From contig JBHGNT010000017.1 in assembly GCA_043228905.1 (NCBI GenBank), forward strand, positions 11,470,001 to 11,534,000: a stretch of DNA of 64,000 nt, given 5' to 3'. How positions within the stretch are numbered: position 1 is the first letter of the stretch; each line of letters starts with the position of its first letter. The position numbers and the translations under genes are program-made. The stretch comes from Azolla caroliniana. Taxonomy: Eukaryota; Plantae; Polypodiophyta. The notes beneath the pieces were generated by a model. It was not told where the DNA came from and did no database searches. It saw only the letters and a list, made by a program, of their open reading frames with translations. Of the stretch, positions 60,815 through 64,000 are shown piece by piece.

Positions 60815-63150
60815 TGTCGTAGTGTATTCCACACACTACGTGAAAACCATAAAATAATATATCCGATTTTAGATACATATAAATAAATAAATAATATATC
60901 AAAACATTTATCACGTGCATAGGGCAAGATTCGAACCCTACACCTCCACGTAGATAAACCCCAACTTTACCATTGTTATAGTTTATCTTTAGTATTATAC
61001 ATATAGATTCAATACGTATAAGACCTTTATTTACACATACCTTTATTAAAAGGTAAAAATCATGTATTCTTTAGGGGGTGAATATTTTATTTACACGTGA
61101 CGTTAAAAGTGACTCATGCACATCTAGCGTGCATGCGCCCTATACTTAGGAAATGACAAAGCATCACATGCACATTTAGTGTGCATGGACACTTTTGGTG
61201 AAAAAGCATGAAGCCATGCTTAGCCTCTTCCATCTTTATATAAGGAGGAGAGAAATATGTATAAGGTTGTTGATGAATATACAAGGATTGATCAATCTAA
61301 TATATTCGTGGGATTCACGAATTTGCTAAAATAATTCTCTCTTACTACCTAAATATTGACTAAATATACTAAACTCGTGGGATTCAAGAGATTCTTATCT
61401 TATAACTCTTTATACCTATTCTTTACTAGCCTTATTTGTATTTTTTCTTCCTCCTAGTTGAAAACCTAGGCGGTTCCCACTCGACTCACGCAACGATCCG
61501 GAGCCGAAAGGTAAGACAAAGATGGTGAACCCGACGTGAATACCGGGTGGCAAGGAGATGGAAAATCAACCGGAGGCTAGCAACATGATGATGATGTTCG
61601 AGCGCATGCTACAAGAACAACGCGCGATGTCGGAGATAGCGGCATCAGTGGAGCGGCTCGTGCAACGAAACGGGCAATTCAACGGGAAAGACGTGTCGCG
61701 GTATCTTCGAGACTACACGGCGGAGATGCTTCGGTGCGGAATATCGGAAGGACTGCAAGTGACGTCCTTCAACCAGGTGGCGACCGACGGGCTTCAAGCA
61801 AGCATCCATGGGCTACGACAACAAAATCCGACATGGGAGGCGTTTGAAGAAGAGCTAAAGAGGACGTTCGCCGTCGAGGATTCCTCCAAGGCGACGCGAA
61901 GGGGATTCGAGGATTGGGTGGAGACGCCGGACAAGGGATTGAAGGTCGTTGATGTGTTTTCGGCATTCGAAAGCCGGTTCGGGAGGTTGTCCGCGAGAGG
62001 TCAAGCTATCCTCGTACCGGACAAGGTGATCATGTTCTTGCGAGCCGTGGACGTCCGGGACCGGAAAGATCTCGGAGTGCTCTTGGAGGACACGACCACG
62101 GAGAGTGGCCTCACCGAAACATGGGAAAACGTGCGGGATATCGTCGTGCGATACACGAAGAGGGGGCAATGGCTTGCCAACGAGGAAAAGAGGGTTTCGG
62201 AACCGATTCCGAAACCGAGAACCGGATTGGAAGACCATCAACCGAGGGCTCGGGAGACTACAACTGAGAAGGGGATTGATGCATCTACGGTGGAGCAACT
62301 ATTTAAGGAGATGGAGAATCTGAAGATCGCAATGGTGAAGAAGTCGAATGACCGCCCCACAAGCTTCAAGTATACGGACCGACGGTGCATATGGTGCGAT
62401 AGCGCCGAACACGATCGGAGGGATTGCGACGAGCATAAGGAGGCGCTACGACAGGATCTCATCTACTACGAGGGAAACCAAATTCATTTGATGGACTCTC
62501 GGAAGCCACTCCGACTGAACTTCCGGAAAGGCGGCATGAAGAAGGTGCTCGAGGAGGAATTGGCAGCAAGAAGCAACTATGCGACAACCGTGGGAATATG
62601 TGTCGGGGAGTCATCGAGAGCGAAGACGTCTTTTTGGCCGACAGTTCTAGAAAACACCTAGAAAACCGACTCCAACAAAGATCCGAAGCACCGCGGAAGG
62701 CGTTCGGGAAGCTATGGCATGGGACTGCCCTGTCGACAAGAATAGCGTATACGCCCTGTGTCAATTGCATGAGGTGTATGTGGACGAGAAACGACGACGC
62801 ATGGAGGATGCGGCTGGGCCATCGAAGATACCGGAAAGCTGGAACTCCGGAGGTAAGGGAAAAGAAAAGGCGACTCCGGCATTCAAGCTCGCCTCGGACA
62901 TAGAACAACAAACCGACTTGAAAAGAGTGTTCGAGGAAAGAATCTTGGATAGTCGGGTAGATTTCTCGCTTCGGGAGCTACTCGGAATAGAAAAGAAGGA
63001 GTTCCATGATCTTCTCGTGGATCTCGTGAAGCGAAAAAGGCAAAGTACGGAGGAAAATGCTCCAAGGGTGAATGCGAACACCGTTTTAATGAACGACACC
63101 GAAGTGGAGGACGAAATTCCGAACTCCCACTATACAAGGCCACATTGGGC
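60815..63150 (+). mobile_element. tRNA-Trp-primed gypsy-type element: 5' LTR, PBS and gag, broken at about 63150
   Basis: LTR 60815-61518 with left flank ACGT. PBS TGGTGAACCCGACGTGAAT at 61523-61541 is complementary to the plant tRNA-Trp 3' end as recalled. Confidence 0.87.
61558..62661 (+). CDS. Gag protein with CCHC knuckle (367 aa); gag-pol linker sequence continues at 62714-63150 in another frame
   Basis: Starts 16 nt after the PBS; contains the FNGKDVSRYL capsid-like start and the CIWCDSAEHDRRDC zinc knuckle. Confidence 0.8.
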   Translation: MENQPEASNMMMMFERMLQEQRAMSEIAASVERLVQRNGQFNGKDVSRYLRDYTAEMLRCGISEGLQVTSFNQVATDGLQASIHGLRQQNPTWEAFEEELKRTFAVEDSSKATRRGFEDWVETPDKGLKVVDVFSAFESRFGRLSARGQAILVPDKVIMFLRAVDVRDRKDLGVLLEDTTTESGLTETWENVRDIVVRYTKRGQWLANEEKRVSEPIPKPRTGLEDHQPRARETTTEKGIDASTVEQLFKEMENLKIAMVKKSNDRPTSFKYTDRRCIWCDSAEHDRRDCDEHKEALRQDLIYYEGNQIHLMDSRKPLRLNFRKGGMKKVLEEELAARSNYATTVGICVGESSRAKTSFWPTVLENT

Positions 63151-63311
63151 ACCGACTCTCACCGGCCTTCTTCATCCGGCTCTTGCCGGGTCTCCTTATC
63201 GGTTTCGGTTCTTACCGGTTCCTCCTTCCAGTTCTCACCTTGTACTTCATGTCCTATCCGAAGAGATCAAAAATGTAATTTTTCACGTAGTGTGTGAATT
63301 ACACTACGACA
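63151..63311 (-). mobile_element. 5' portion of another LTR of the same gypsy group
   Basis: Minus strand starts TGTCGTAGTGTAATTCACACACTACGTGAAAA, near-identical to 60815-60846, preceded by ACGC, and then diverges. Confidence 0.7.
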
Positions 63312-63362
63312 GCGTCAAGGGAATCGTGGGACTAGTTGCAGCAGCTTCTCCATGGTTAACGT

Positions 63363-64000
63363 TGTCGTTCCTTTCGGCTCTGGATCGTTGCGTGAGTCAG
63401 GTGGGAACCGCCTAGGTTTTGGACTAGGAGGAAGAAAAAATACAAATAAGGCTAGTAAAGAATAGGTATAAAGAGTTATAAGATAAGAATCTCGTGAATC
63501 CCACGAGTTTAGTATATTTAGTCAATATTTAGGTAGTAAGAGAGAATTGTTTTAGCAAATTCGTGAATCCCACGAATATATTAGATTGATCAATCCTTGT
63601 ATATTCATCAACAACCTTATACATATTTCTCTCCTCATATAAAGATGGAAGAGGCTAAGCATGGCTTCATGCTTTTTCACCAAAAGTGTCCATGCACACT
63701 AAATGTGCATGTGATGCTTTGTCATTTCCTAAGTATAGGGCTCATGCACGCTAGATGTGCATGAGTCACTTTTAATGTCACGTGTAAATAAAATATTCAC
63801 CCCCTAAAGAATACATGATTTTTACCTTTTAATAAAGGTATGTGTAAATAAAGGTATTGTACGTATTAAATCTATATATAACACTAAAGATAAGTTATTA
63901 CAATGGTAAAGTTGGGGTTTATATACGTGGAGGTGTAGGGTTTGAATCCTGCCCTATGCACGTGATAAATGTTTTGATATATTATTTATTTATTTATATG
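63363..64000 (-). mobile_element. Inverted 3' LTR of the element starting at 60815 (runs off the window)
   Basis: Reverse complement of about 60877-61518; followed on the minus strand by TSD ACGT (63359-63362) and host gag sequence. Confidence 0.9.

Noticed and set aside
60815-63311. Apparent DNA transposon with 32-bp TIRs
   Set aside because: The TIRs are the 5' ends of two different LTRs brought into opposition by an inversion; the PBS, gag and split TSD explain the structure.

Overview
This is repeat-dense land-plant nuclear DNA; the PPR motif style and retroelement types suggest a fern or other non-seed plant (inference). It holds one host gene, a PLS-E class PPR RNA-editing factor (about 9330/9726-12143, +), surrounded by nested retroelements. 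These comprise about nine Ty1/copia copies or fragments, including one intact, very young element with a 1337-aa ORF (38361-43833), and several Ty3/gypsy elements: an Athila/Tat-like family, a non-autonomous relative, and a tRNA-Trp-primed family with 4-bp ACGY target sites. A two-ORF LINE is also present. The most unusual signal is that two gypsy-type elements lack a polypurine tract and instead carry a shared motif resembling the 3' end of tRNA-Arg next to the 3' LTR, so tRNA-complementary sites face inward from both LTRs, which suggests dual tRNA priming. Also notable are stems enclosing the PPT in three copia families, antisense tRNA-like A/B-box modules inside LTRs, a long charged tail after copia RNase H, and an inversion revealed by a split target-site duplication near the right end. 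All calls are by eye; tRNA matches rely on recalled plant tRNA 3' ends and no database search was run.
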